Source: Candidatus Krumholzibacteriota bacterium (GTDB lineage: Bacteria > Krumholzibacteriota > Krumholzibacteriia > JAJRXK01). From it: a DNA stretch of 64,000 nt. The stretch is taken from positions 96,001 through 160,000 of the forward strand of contig CAVSGG010000008.1 in assembly GCA_963727455.1 (NCBI GenBank), given 5' to 3'. Positions 49,905-59,790 of this stretch are shown piece by piece. Within the stretch, counting starts at the first letter, position 1. Every line of letters begins with the position of its first letter. Position numbers and translations under genes: made by a program. Under the pieces are notes generated by a model, which saw nothing but the letters and a program-made list of their open reading frames with translations, was not told the origin of the DNA and made no database searches.

Positions 49905-51644
49905 ATGCCTTTGTTCCAACGCATCGCATCACTGCTTCGTCCCAGCTCGGGATCCACCGGCCGTCTGGTCTTTCTGTCGGCGATCGTGGGGGTCGTCGGG
50001 GGCCTCGCCGCACCCGCATTCATGTGGATGCTCCGCATCGCCTCCCATTACCTGCTGCAGGGGATCGCCGGCTATGTCCCACCCGGGCTGGCCTCAGAGG
50101 GCTCCTCCGGTCTGGAAGTCGTCGGAGCCCACGGCCTGTGGCTCATCCCGGTTTCCACCACCATTGGCGGAATTCTCTCGGGTCTCATCGTCTTCCGCTT
50201 CGCGCCGGAGGCCGAGGGCCACGGGACTGACGCCGCGATCAGTGCCTTCCACGAGAAGGGGGGCGCAGTGCGCGGGCGGGTGCCCCTGGTGAAGTCGATC
50301 AGTTCCGCACTGACCATCGGTTCGGGCGGCGCGGCGGGACGCGAAGGTCCAGTGGCGCAGATCAGCGCCGGTTTTGGCTCGATCATGGCCGAGTGGCTGG
50401 GTTGCTCACCGCGGGAACGGCGTCTGTTGGTCCTGGCCGGGGTGGCGGCCGGACTTTCGGCTATTTTTCGCTCCCCCCTGGGTACCGCAGTCTTCGCGGT
50501 AGAAGTCCTCTACTCGACCATGGAGTTCGAGGCCCGCGCCCTCATCTACACGATCATGGCCGCCGTGGTGGCCTATGCTGTCAACGGCATCTTCGTGGGC
50601 TTCGATCCCATTTTCAGCCTGCCGGCCGGCCTGACCTTCGACCGTATCGACACGCTCTTCTGGTTCGCCGTCCTGGGAGTCTTCACCGGTCTGGCCTCCG
50701 CCACCCTCCCCTGGCTGTACTACCGCACCCACCAGCTCTTCCACGCGCTTCCGGGACCGCGCTTCTTGGGCCCCGCTCTGGGCGCGTTGATCTTGGGTCT
50801 GCTGGGACTGCTACTCCCGCAGATCCTGGGTGGCGGTTACGGTTGGATGCAGATGGCCATGGACGGCAAACTCGCAATCGGGCTCTTGCTGGTGCTGGCA
50901 GTGGCCAAGATGGTGGCGATGTCCTTGACCGTGGCCTCAGGGGGATCGGGCGGCGTATTCGCGCCGAGTCTCTACGTGGGGACCTTTCTCGGCGCGGCAC
51001 TCGCCCTGGCGGTAAACCGGATCTTCCCGGCCTCTCAGTGCTCGGTCGCGGCCTTCGCGGTGGTCGGCATGGCCTCGTTCTTCTCCGGGGCGGCCCGGGT
51101 TCCCATCGCCACGATGCTGATGGTCATGGAGATGACCGGAGGTTACGGGCTCTTGGTGCCGAGCATGCTCGCCGTCATTTTGAGTTATCTGATCGAGTCG
51201 AAGGTGACCACGGGCTGGCGTTGGCCCAGCCTCTACGAAGCCCAGGTGCTCACGCGCGCGGATTCACCGGTCCACCACGAGGAATACACTCTGCGCGCCA
51301 TGGACCTCATACGTTCCGGGCGCGCGCGCTTGCCGCGCGAGGCGACGCCGGCACACCTGGTGAACCTGCTGCAGATGGGCACTCCCATTCCCATCGGGGG
51401 TACCGGGCGCAGTCTCTGCCGCTGCCGCGTACGGGAAGGGGCGCCGGGCGCGGGCAAGACGCTGCGCGACCGACCCTTCGGTCCGCACATTCAGTTGCTC
51501 TCGATTTTGCGGAGGGGAGAAGTCATCGATCCCTTCCCCGACACGGTGTGCCTGGTGGGAGATGAACTAATTTGCTTGCTCTCTCCGGATGCCTTCGATC
51601 ATGCCAGCGACAGCTTGGAGTTGATCACGCAGCCCGGCAACTGA
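49905..51644 (+). CDS. ClC family chloride channel/antiporter with C-terminal TrkA-C (RCK_C)-like domain
   Basis: EAEGHGTD, GREGP, GGVFAPSL; C-terminal ILRRGEVIDP...VGDEL. Confidence 0.9.
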   Translation: MPLFQRIASLLRPSSGSTGRLVFLSAIVGVVGGLAAPAFMWMLRIASHYLLQGIAGYVPPGLASEGSSGLEVVGAHGLWLIPVSTTIGGILSGLIVFRFAPEAEGHGTDAAISAFHEKGGAVRGRVPLVKSISSALTIGSGGAAGREGPVAQISAGFGSIMAEWLGCSPRERRLLVLAGVAAGLSAIFRSPLGTAVFAVEVLYSTMEFEARALIYTIMAAVVAYAVNGIFVGFDPIFSLPAGLTFDRIDTLFWFAVLGVFTGLASATLPWLYYRTHQLFHALPGPRFLGPALGALILGLLGLLLPQILGGGYGWMQMAMDGKLAIGLLLVLAVAKMVAMSLTVASGGSGGVFAPSLYVGTFLGAALALAVNRIFPASQCSVAAFAVVGMASFFSGAARVPIATMLMVMEMTGGYGLLVPSMLAVILSYLIESKVTTGWRWPSLYEAQVLTRADSPVHHEEYTLRAMDLIRSGRARLPREATPAHLVNLLQMGTPIPIGGTGRSLCRCRVREGAPGAGKTLRDRPFGPHIQLLSILRRGEVIDPFPDTVCLVGDELICLLSPDAFDHASDSLELITQPGN

Positions 51645-51652
51645 GAACGCCC

Positions 51653-54600
51653 TCAAACCATGCGCCGGTATTCCCCGCCCACCTCGTACAGGGCGTGCGT
51701 GATCTGGCCCAGCGTAGCGACTTTCACCGTCTCCATCAGTTCTTCGAAGATGTTCTCACCATTGATGGCAACTCTCTGCAAGCGCATGAGTGCGTCCTGT
51801 GCCTCGCTCTGGTGGCGCCGCTGGAAGCGCTCACAGCCGTCGATCTGACGCTCCTTGGCTTCCTTGGAAGCTCGTATGAGTTGTCCCGCCTCCAGTTGAT
51901 ACTCGCTCTTGTTGGGGTCGAGAAAACTGTTTACTCCGATAATGGGGAGTTCGCCGGAGTGCTTCTTGGTTTCATATAGCAGACTCTCTTCCTGGATGCG
52001 TCCGCGTTGATACTGGGTCTCCATCGCGCCCAGAACGCCGCCTCGGTCACTCAAGCGATCGAATTCGGTCAGCACGGCTTCCTCCACCAGATGCGTCAGC
52101 TGTTCCACGAAGTACGAGCCCTGCAGAATGTTCTCGTTCTTCATGAAGCCCAGCTCACGGTTGATGATGAGCTGAATCGCCAGGGCGCGGCGCACGCTCT
52201 CTTCGGTGGGGGTAGTGACGGCCTCGTCGTAGGCATTCGTGTGCAAACTGTTGCAGTTGTCCGCCAAGGCCATCAGGGCCTGCAGTGTGGTGCGGATGTC
52301 GTTGAAAGCAATTTCCCTGGCGTGCAGCGAGCGTCCGCTGGTCTGAATGTGGTACTTGAGCTTCTGACTGCGCTCGTTGGCATGGAACAGCCGTCTCATG
52401 GCCACCGCCCAAATGCGACGCGCCACCCTGCCGATGACCGTGTATTCGGGATCTAGACCATTGGAGAAAAAGAAACTCAGATTAGGCGCCACTTCATCGA
52501 TCGACATCCCACGACTCAAGTAGTGTTCGACGTAGGTGAAGCCATTGGCCAGGGTGAACGCTAGCTGAGAAATCGGGTTTGCTCCCGCCTCGGCGATGTG
52601 ATAGCCACTGATGCTCACGCTGTAGTAGTTGCGCACCTTGTGATCGATGAAGTACTGCTGGATGTCCCCCATCATCTTGAGCGCGAAATCGGTCGAGAAG
52701 ATGCAGGTATTCTGAGCCTGATCTTCCTTCAGGATGTCGGCCTGGACCGTCCCTCGCACGATTTTGAGCGTGCCTTCCTTGATCCGTGCATATTCCTGCG
52801 GCGGGAGAAGTTCATCCCCCGTGACCCCAAGTAGATCCAAACCGAATCCGTCGTGCGTGGAAGGCAGTTCCCCGTGATAGCTAGGGGCTCCCGCGCCCTT
52901 CTTTTGCAGAAGCTCGTCGCGACGCGCGCGCGCTTCTTCAAACTTGCCATTCTCCTTCAGCCAACGCTCGCATTCCTGGTCGATCGCGGTGTTCAGGAAC
53001 ATGGCCAGAATCATGGGTGCAGGACCATTGATCGTCATACTCACCGAAGTCGTGGGGTCGGTGAGATGAAAGCCGCTGTAGAGACGCTTCATGTCGTCCA
53101 GACTACAGATGGAGACCCCACTCTCGCCCACCTTCCCGTAGATGTCTGGCCGGTGCCCCGGATCCTCACCGTAGAGAGTGACGGAATCGAAAGCAGTGGA
53201 GAGGCGCTTGGCTTTGCTGTCCTTGCTGAGATAGTGGAAGCGGAGATTGGTCTGTTCGGGAGGTCCCTCCCCCGCGAACATCCGGGCCGGTTCCTCTTCG
53301 GGGCGCTTGAAGGGGAACACTCCTGCCGTGTAGGGCCATTTTCCGGGCACGTTTTCCTCCAGGAGAAAACGGACCTGGTCGCCCTTGTCTTCCGTCGTGG
53401 GGAGCACCACACGCGCAATCGGGGTGCCCGCGAGAGAACGAGTATTGAGACGGTTGTGAATCTCCTTGTCCCGGATGCGCACCACCATCTCTTCGCGCCG
53501 ATAGGCTTCGCGCAATTCATCGAAGCTGTCCAGCGCGGCCGCGATGCTCGGATCCAGCCCGGCACGCGCCTCCTCGAGCTTTGCCGAGAGCGCCGCGCCT
53601 TGCTCCTGCCCGATTTCCTCCAGAGCTCGCTGTAGCGCATCTACCCTTCGTGCCGCCTTCACCTGCTGCTCGGTGTGCTGGTGGTGCTCGCGCAAGGTCT
53701 CGGCGATCTCCGAGAGATAGCGCAGGCGCGAGGGATTGATGACATGCGTTTTGATATCGGTCTGCTGGCGGCAGGGAATTTCGAGAGTGCTATCCCACTT
53801 TCTCTCGCTGAAATTTCCGAGCTCGATCATGAGCGCCTTGTAGAAGGCATTGACGCCATCATCGTTGAAGCGCGAAGCCATGGTCCCAAACACGGGAAGC
53901 TGCTCGAGAGAAATCGAGGGATCCATGTCCTGTTCGCGTCGAAGCTGCTTGCAGACGTCGCGGAAAGCATCCTCGCTGCCGCGGCGATCGAACTTGTTCA
54001 CCACAACCATCTTGGCGTAGTCCAACATCTCGATCTTCTCGAGCTGTGTGGGAGCGCCAAATTCGCTAGTCATGACGTAGATGGGGATGTCACACACCTC
54101 GACGATGCCCGCGTCGCCCTGACCGATTCCGCTGGTTTCGACGATCACAAGATCGAAACCCGCCGCCTGTGTCACCACGATGGCATCTCGAATCGCTCCG
54201 GAAAGCTCTCCGCGACTCTGCCGCGTTGCAAGGCTGCGCATGTAGGCGCGCTCGTGATGCACCGCGTTCATACGCAATCGATCCCCCAAGAGAGCGCCGC
54301 CAGTGCGCCTCTTCGAAGGGTCGACGCTGAGCACGGCCACGCTGCGATCCTCGAAATCGAGCAGGAACCTGCGCACGATTTCGTCGGTCAAACAGCTCTT
54401 CCCGGCACCTCCAGTTCCGGTCAATCCCACCACGGGAGCGAGAGTACCTTTGGGCCGATCCTTCAGGATTGCCGTGACCTCGCGAAGTGCTTTGCTGTCC
54501 TCTCCTTCACGCTCCACCCGGGAGATCCAGCGAGCGACCGTCGTCCAACGCGCAAATCCGCTCTCGCTCTGCGCGGGCGCTTCTTTGGGCGCGGGACAGA

Positions 54601-55075
54601 GAAAATCGCTGCGGCGCATCATGTCGAAGACGATGCCGTCCAAGCCCAAAGCCCGGCCGTCGTCCGGACTGTAGATGCGTTCCACCCCTTCCTTCTGAAG
54701 AATGGCGATTTCGTCGGGAACGATTACTCCACCGCCGCCCCCGAAGATCTTGATGTGGCTGGCGCCCTTCTTGTCGAGTAGCTCCCGCATGTAGCGGAAG
54801 TACTCCATGTGCCCGCCCTGGTAGCTGGAAACGGCGATGGCCTGGGCGTCCTCCTGGATCGACGCGTCCACCACTTCCTCCGCGGCACGATTGTGACCGA
54901 GGTGAATGACTTCGGCTCCGTGGCGTTGCAAAAGTCGTCGGAAGATGTTGATCGCCGCGTCGTGACCATCGAACAGTCCGGCGGCGGTCACGAAGCGCAG
55001 CGGATGCTCAGGCTTGTAGGAATGGGCGGAGGAATCTGCCTGCTTTTTCGCGGTGGGAGAAATCGCTGGATTCAT
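51653..55075 (-). CDS. icmF: Fused isobutyryl-CoA mutase/GTPase IcmF
   Basis: DGHDAA B12 motif, GTGGAGKS and NKFD MeaI G-domain, RMFAGEG (Phe specificity residue), GTVQADILKE. Confidence 0.93.
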   Translation of the reverse strand: MNPAISPTAKKQADSSAHSYKPEHPLRFVTAAGLFDGHDAAINIFRRLLQRHGAEVIHLGHNRAAEEVVDASIQEDAQAIAVSSYQGGHMEYFRYMRELLDKKGASHIKIFGGGGGVIVPDEIAILQKEGVERIYSPDDGRALGLDGIVFDMMRRSDFLCPAPKEAPAQSESGFARWTTVARWISRVEREGEDSKALREVTAILKDRPKGTLAPVVGLTGTGGAGKSCLTDEIVRRFLLDFEDRSVAVLSVDPSKRRTGGALLGDRLRMNAVHHERAYMRSLATRQSRGELSGAIRDAIVVTQAAGFDLVIVETSGIGQGDAGIVEVCDIPIYVMTSEFGAPTQLEKIEMLDYAKMVVVNKFDRRGSEDAFRDVCKQLRREQDMDPSISLEQLPVFGTMASRFNDDGVNAFYKALMIELGNFSERKWDSTLEIPCRQQTDIKTHVINPSRLRYLSEIAETLREHHQHTEQQVKAARRVDALQRALEEIGQEQGAALSAKLEEARAGLDPSIAAALDSFDELREAYRREEMVVRIRDKEIHNRLNTRSLAGTPIARVVLPTTEDKGDQVRFLLEENVPGKWPYTAGVFPFKRPEEEPARMFAGEGPPEQTNLRFHYLSKDSKAKRLSTAFDSVTLYGEDPGHRPDIYGKVGESGVSICSLDDMKRLYSGFHLTDPTTSVSMTINGPAPMILAMFLNTAIDQECERWLKENGKFEEARARRDELLQKKGAGAPSYHGELPSTHDGFGLDLLGVTGDELLPPQEYARIKEGTLKIVRGTVQADILKEDQAQNTCIFSTDFALKMMGDIQQYFIDHKVRNYYSVSISGYHIAEAGANPISQLAFTLANGFTYVEHYLSRGMSIDEVAPNLSFFFSNGLDPEYTVIGRVARRIWAVAMRRLFHANERSQKLKYHIQTSGRSLHAREIAFNDIRTTLQALMALADNCNSLHTNAYDEAVTTPTEESVRRALAIQLIINRELGFMKNENILQGSYFVEQLTHLVEEAVLTEFDRLSDRGGVLGAMETQYQRGRIQEESLLYETKKHSGELPIIGVNSFLDPNKSEYQLEAGQLIRASKEAKERQIDGCERFQRRHQSEAQDALMRLQRVAINGENIFEELMETVKVATLGQITHALYEVGGEYRRMV

Positions 55076-55175
55076 GTCGGCAATCTCTTGGGAGGAAAGG
55101 AGTTGGATCGTCACAGTATCATTGAGCAGCATACTGCCAGGCCCCGCATTGAGCAAGGCGCGGCTCAATGCGGCC

Positions 55176-56267
55176 TCATTTCGCCAGTTTGCTGGAGAGT
55201 TTTACCGCCGCCGCAGTAAGTCCCAGTGTTCGTGCCTCCTGAAAACTGGCCCAGTACAAGTCCTCGCTCTCTCCCTCGACCTCTCCCGCCACCGCGAATG
55301 CAGTGAGCGTTATGCGGTGGAAGGTGATGCTGTGCTTCACGGTCGCCAGTCGTTCTCTCACCCGCCACTCACCGTGATACTCGCGGCCGAGTTTCGCGAT
55401 TCTAGTTCGCGCCTCATTCTCGTCCATCTCGCCCGGATGCCAGGCCGTCGTCGGCAGTTCCCAAAGGCCTTCGTTGTGACCACCGGCCGAGCGACGACGC
55501 CACAGCACCTTCTCCTTCCTGCGCAGGATGGCCGCGTAGGCGGAAACCCCCTCGATGGGGCGAGCTGCGGCGCGCTCGGGGAGCTCGTCGACCCGCCCCT
55601 CCTGGTATGCTCTGCACTCCTTCGCCCACGGGCAGCTCTCGCATGAAGGGCGGCGCGGCAGACACACCAATGCTCCGAGTTCCATCAGAGCTTGGGTGAA
55701 TAGGTGGGGCGGTTGCGTCTTGATGAGGGTCTGCGCCACTTCCCGGATGGAGCGCGCGGCGGTGCCGCGTTTGGGGTCGCCCTCGATGGCAAAGACGCGC
55801 GACAGAACCCGCTCCACATTTCCGTCCACCGCCGGGACGGCTTCGTCGAAGGCAATGCTGGCCACCGCGGCCGCAGTGTAGGGGCCCAGTCCCGGCAGCT
55901 TTCGCAGCGCCGCATAGCGCTGAGGCAGCCGTCCCCCGTTTTCTTGCTGGATCTGTCTGGCCGCCTGGTGCAGCAAGCGCGCCCGCCGGTAGTACCCCAG
56001 ACCGGCCCACTCGGCCAAGAGCTGTGTGAGATCGGTCTCTGCCAACGACTTCAGGGTGGGAAAGCGCTCGAGGAAGCGCTCCCATCGTCCCTTGACCGCT
56101 TCCACCCGCGTCTGCTGTAGCATGACTTCACTGATCCAAATCGCGTAGGGGTCGCGGGTGCGCCTCCAGGGAAGGTCACGGCGTTCCGTTTCGTACCAGT
56201 CGACGAGAGCTTGGCTGAGCTTGCAGCCAAGTCGCGAAGTCAAAAGTGACTGGGGAACTTTCTTCAC
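55176..56267 (-). CDS. mutY: A/G-specific adenine glycosylase
   Basis: SEVMLQQT, GLGYY, LPGLGPYTA, VDGNV, C-X6-C-X2-C-X5-C cluster. Confidence 0.95.
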   Translation of the reverse strand: MKKVPQSLLTSRLGCKLSQALVDWYETERRDLPWRRTRDPYAIWISEVMLQQTRVEAVKGRWERFLERFPTLKSLAETDLTQLLAEWAGLGYYRRARLLHQAARQIQQENGGRLPQRYAALRKLPGLGPYTAAAVASIAFDEAVPAVDGNVERVLSRVFAIEGDPKRGTAARSIREVAQTLIKTQPPHLFTQALMELGALVCLPRRPSCESCPWAKECRAYQEGRVDELPERAAARPIEGVSAYAAILRRKEKVLWRRRSAGGHNEGLWELPTTAWHPGEMDENEARTRIAKLGREYHGEWRVRERLATVKHSITFHRITLTAFAVAGEVEGESEDLYWASFQEARTLGLTAAAVKLSSKLAK

Positions 56268-56371
56268 GCAGGATCCTCCGTTGACACCTCTCGTTGGACG
56301 CGGTGAATATAGAGCTTGGTGCATCGACCGTCCATCCACCCGCGCCCCACTCCTTCACATAGGAGGCAGAC

Positions 56372-58165
56372 ATGGCGGTAGAGACTCTCGTCGATCTCTT
56401 CACCACGGCAGTCCGAGATTATCCCCGCGCCGACATGTTTGCGTACAAGCGCGATGGCGAATGGCAACGCGTTTCGAGCGACGAAACCCTCGCCGCGGTA
56501 AAGGAACTCACCGAGGGACTGGCCAGTCTCGGGCTCAAGGAAGGCGAGCACATTGCGATCTTGAGCCAGAATCGACTGGAGTGGGTTCTGGCCGATCAGG
56601 CGATCCTACGCCTCAAGGGAGTGGTGGTCACCCTTTACCCCACTCTCTTGCCCAGCCAGGTTGAGTTCATTCTGTGTGATAGCGAAGCCACCGCCGTCTT
56701 CGTGGAAGACGAACAGCAGCTGGAAAAGGTCGAGTCAGTTCGAGCGCGATGCCCTCAACTGCGAACCATCATCTCCTTCGAGACGATCCATCGCGGCGGC
56801 ATCTATTCTCTGCAACAACTGCGCGAGCTAGGACTGGTCCAACTCGAACGTCATCCCGAAGACGCGGAAGCGCGGGGTAGGGGAATCAAGCCCACGGACC
56901 TGGCCACTCTCATCTACACCAGCGGAACCACCGGGGATCCCAAGGGAGTGATGCTGAGTCACCGCAACATCGTGAGCAACGTGATCAACGGCCTGAGGGC
57001 CTTCGATCTCGGACCATCGGACAGATGCCTGTCTTTCCTTCCCCTATCCCACGTCCTGGAGCGTACCGCCGGTTATTACATCATGGTTCACAGCGGGGTG
57101 GGCATCGCATTCGCCGAATCCATCGAGACCGTGGCCGCAAACATGGGTGAAGTCAGACCCACGGTGATGATTTCGGTTCCCAGGCTCTATGAGAAGATCT
57201 ACTCCAGGGTTTTGGGCCTTGCAGTGGCGGGGTCCCCCATCAAGAGGGGCATCTTCTTCTGGGCCAAGGCGACCGGTGAGGCCTGGGTGAAGAAGAAACT
57301 GACTCCGGCGCGCATCTCACCGCTTTTGGCCATCAAGAAGCTCCTCGCGGATCGACTGGTGTTCCGCAAATTACAGAAGAGGACCGGCGGCAGGCTACGC
57401 TTCTTCATCTCCGGGGGCGCTCCCCTGGCCAAGGAAATCGCCGAATTCTTCTACGCAGCGGGCATGGTCATCTACGAGGGTTATGGGCTCACGGAAACCT
57501 CACCCGTAATCGCGGTCAACAACGCAAAGGCATTCCGTCCCGGCACCGTCGGACCGCCGATCTTCGGCGTGGAGGTCGAGATTGCCCAGGACGGAGAGAT
57601 TCTCACCCGCAGCTCCTCGGTAATGATGGGGTACTGGAAGCGGCCGGAGGAGACCGCCGAAGTTCTCATCGACGGATGGCTCCACACCGGTGACATTGGA
57701 CGGCTCAGCGAAGACGGATTCCTGGAAATTACCGATCGCAAAAAGGACATCATCGTTACCGCGGGCGGCAAGAACGTGGCGCCCCAGCCCATTGAGAACG
57801 AGATAAAGCTGAGCCGCTACGTGACGGAAGCCTGCTTGATCGGCGACAAACGCAAGTATATCGTCGCTCTCCTGGTGCCGAATTTCGAGAGCCTGGACGA
57901 ATACGCCGCGCGCAACGAGTTGCACTTCGAAGGACGCCGGGGACTTCTGGACTCGAGTGCGGTCCAGAGTCTGTTCCAGCACCTCATCGACAAGGTGAAC
58001 CAGAATCGGCCCAGCTATGAACAGGTGAAGTACTTCCGGCTCCTGGATCACGAATTTAGCCAAGAAGAGGAAGAACTCACCCCTTCCATGAAGGTAAAGC
58101 GGCGCGTGATCCAGGCGCGCTACGCCGAGATTCTCGAAGACATGTACGCCGGCGAAGAAGGCTGA
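56372..58165 (+). CDS. fadD: Long-chain fatty acid--CoA ligase
   Basis: YTSGTTGDPKG, YEGYGLTE, WLHTGDIG, DRKKD. Confidence 0.92.
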   Translation: MAVETLVDLFTTAVRDYPRADMFAYKRDGEWQRVSSDETLAAVKELTEGLASLGLKEGEHIAILSQNRLEWVLADQAILRLKGVVVTLYPTLLPSQVEFILCDSEATAVFVEDEQQLEKVESVRARCPQLRTIISFETIHRGGIYSLQQLRELGLVQLERHPEDAEARGRGIKPTDLATLIYTSGTTGDPKGVMLSHRNIVSNVINGLRAFDLGPSDRCLSFLPLSHVLERTAGYYIMVHSGVGIAFAESIETVAANMGEVRPTVMISVPRLYEKIYSRVLGLAVAGSPIKRGIFFWAKATGEAWVKKKLTPARISPLLAIKKLLADRLVFRKLQKRTGGRLRFFISGGAPLAKEIAEFFYAAGMVIYEGYGLTETSPVIAVNNAKAFRPGTVGPPIFGVEVEIAQDGEILTRSSSVMMGYWKRPEETAEVLIDGWLHTGDIGRLSEDGFLEITDRKKDIIVTAGGKNVAPQPIENEIKLSRYVTEACLIGDKRKYIVALLVPNFESLDEYAARNELHFEGRRGLLDSSAVQSLFQHLIDKVNQNRPSYEQVKYFRLLDHEFSQEEEELTPSMKVKRRVIQARYAEILEDMYAGEEG

Positions 58166-58187
58166 GGGCGATTCGTTCCGAGACGGC

Positions 58188-58222
58188 AGAGGCTCCTCCC
58201 ACAAAGGAGGAGCCTCTTTTTT
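58188..58222 (+). terminator. Intrinsic terminator between convergent fadD and SGNH genes
   Basis: AGAGGCTCCTCC..GGAGGAGCCTCT followed by T tract. Confidence 0.8.
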
Positions 58223-58243
58223 CGAGGGAGAGATGCTCGCGGC

Positions 58244-59779
58244 TCAGTGGCCGTTGCCCATGAGACGCGCCGTCGCATCGAGCCCAGCTGCGCCCCTGCC
58301 GGTAAACGAGATTCCCAAACTCGCTTTGGCAACGATACGCCCTTGTTTCCCACCAGCAAGTACCTGCTCAAAGCCGGCGACGTTCTGCACGCTATTGGGG
58401 TTCGACTCTTGATAGCTCGTCCCGTAAGTCGCGTTCAAAGCCATCGCGAACCACTCCGCAATTGCGCTGTAGCCTTTCTCGCTGGGGTGAATGCCATCGA
58501 GGCTGAATGCGCTATTGACGTTCTGCTCGGGCATTCCGTCCCCCGTCAGGTCCAGCCAGGGAAAGACCCCGTTGAGCGAGGTGTAGGTCTGCGGGTCCTG
58601 GGGATCCCGCGGCAGGGCGAGCATCTTCGCATTCACGTCCACCAGCGCCCAACCACGCGCCTGCGCCTGCTGAGCGATGATCGCGTTGTAGGCGTTGATC
58701 TGCCCTTCCACCGCATCCCATTCGGACTGCGTGATGGTGTACTCGGCCGGGATACTCTCAGTCCCGCCCGCAGGCGCGAGGTAGTCCGGACCCAGCGGAG
58801 GATCCAACTCGCTCGCCGCGGGGAGCAGCACGTAAATTACGTTGCTCTCGTCGGTCGTCCAGGGAACGAACCCCACGTTGGGCACGTCGCTTCCCAGGGG
58901 AACCGTGGTGAGATAGGGCAGCGTACTCTGCAGGTTGGCCAGGGCGATTTGCGCATCCGGCGCGAACGACTCTACCCGGTCGAGGATGCTGGAGTACATG
59001 CCCTGCCACACGGTGGACGGCGTCACGTTCACCCCGACCACCGGGTTGCCCGTGAGCACTCCACCCAGAATGTCGTTGTCGCCGATCCACAGGGTGAGGA
59101 TCCGGGGAAGGTTGACCGCGTTGATGGGCGCGCCGGTTCCCGGGTCCTGCCCCACGATCGTCTCGCGGGTGAAGTGCGCCTCGAGCTGATCCAGCTGCGA
59201 GGTATCGAAGGGGGGCAGAGCGGAATTGCGCAGGATGAGATCGAAGTACGCGTTATTGCCGGCCTGGCTGCTGGCCGCGTCGAGCGCGCTGTATGCGTCG
59301 GCCGTGGTGGCGCCGGGCACGCCCAGATTGTCGTAGGGCAAGGGGTAGCTGGCATTGCGCAAGAGCGTCGAAGGATCCACGGCCAAGCTGTCCCGCGTGA
59401 TCTCACCGGTGCCCCCGTCCACGTAGAGGCAGCTGAGCCCCGGCGTGCTGCCGATCCCCGTCTGCTGCACGGGAGTACCCGTCCCCACGAGCGGCATCTG
59501 CATGTACACCGGCAACTGGCTGGAGATCCGCGGGCCGCCCACCAGGGCGGTGAGCACCTGCGGGAAACCCGCGAGCTGGCCGGTGATGACCAAACCGCCG
59601 TTTTGAAAGCCGGCGGTGAGGCTGTTTCCGATCGAAACCACCGGACGGGCCGTGCGCAAATCCGCGTTCGTGAGCGGAATGTCTGGAGCGCTCGGCTGAT
59701 CCAGGCTACAGCCGGAGAGATTGCCAGCGGCAAGAAGAAGCAGCGCTGCCAGCGCGAGAAGGATATGTTGCGTTCGCAT
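58244..59779 (-). CDS. SGNH/GDSL hydrolase lipoprotein
   Basis: Lipobox LSGC; IGNSLTAG, NLGVPGA, WIGDND, DGIHP. Confidence 0.85.
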   Translation of the reverse strand: MRTQHILLALAALLLLAAGNLSGCSLDQPSAPDIPLTNADLRTARPVVSIGNSLTAGFQNGGLVITGQLAGFPQVLTALVGGPRISSQLPVYMQMPLVGTGTPVQQTGIGSTPGLSCLYVDGGTGEITRDSLAVDPSTLLRNASYPLPYDNLGVPGATTADAYSALDAASSQAGNNAYFDLILRNSALPPFDTSQLDQLEAHFTRETIVGQDPGTGAPINAVNLPRILTLWIGDNDILGGVLTGNPVVGVNVTPSTVWQGMYSSILDRVESFAPDAQIALANLQSTLPYLTTVPLGSDVPNVGFVPWTTDESNVIYVLLPAASELDPPLGPDYLAPAGGTESIPAEYTITQSEWDAVEGQINAYNAIIAQQAQARGWALVDVNAKMLALPRDPQDPQTYTSLNGVFPWLDLTGDGMPEQNVNSAFSLDGIHPSEKGYSAIAEWFAMALNATYGTSYQESNPNSVQNVAGFEQVLAGGKQGRIVAKASLGISFTGRGAAGLDATARLMGNGH

Positions 59780-59790
59780 GCGGAGCCTCC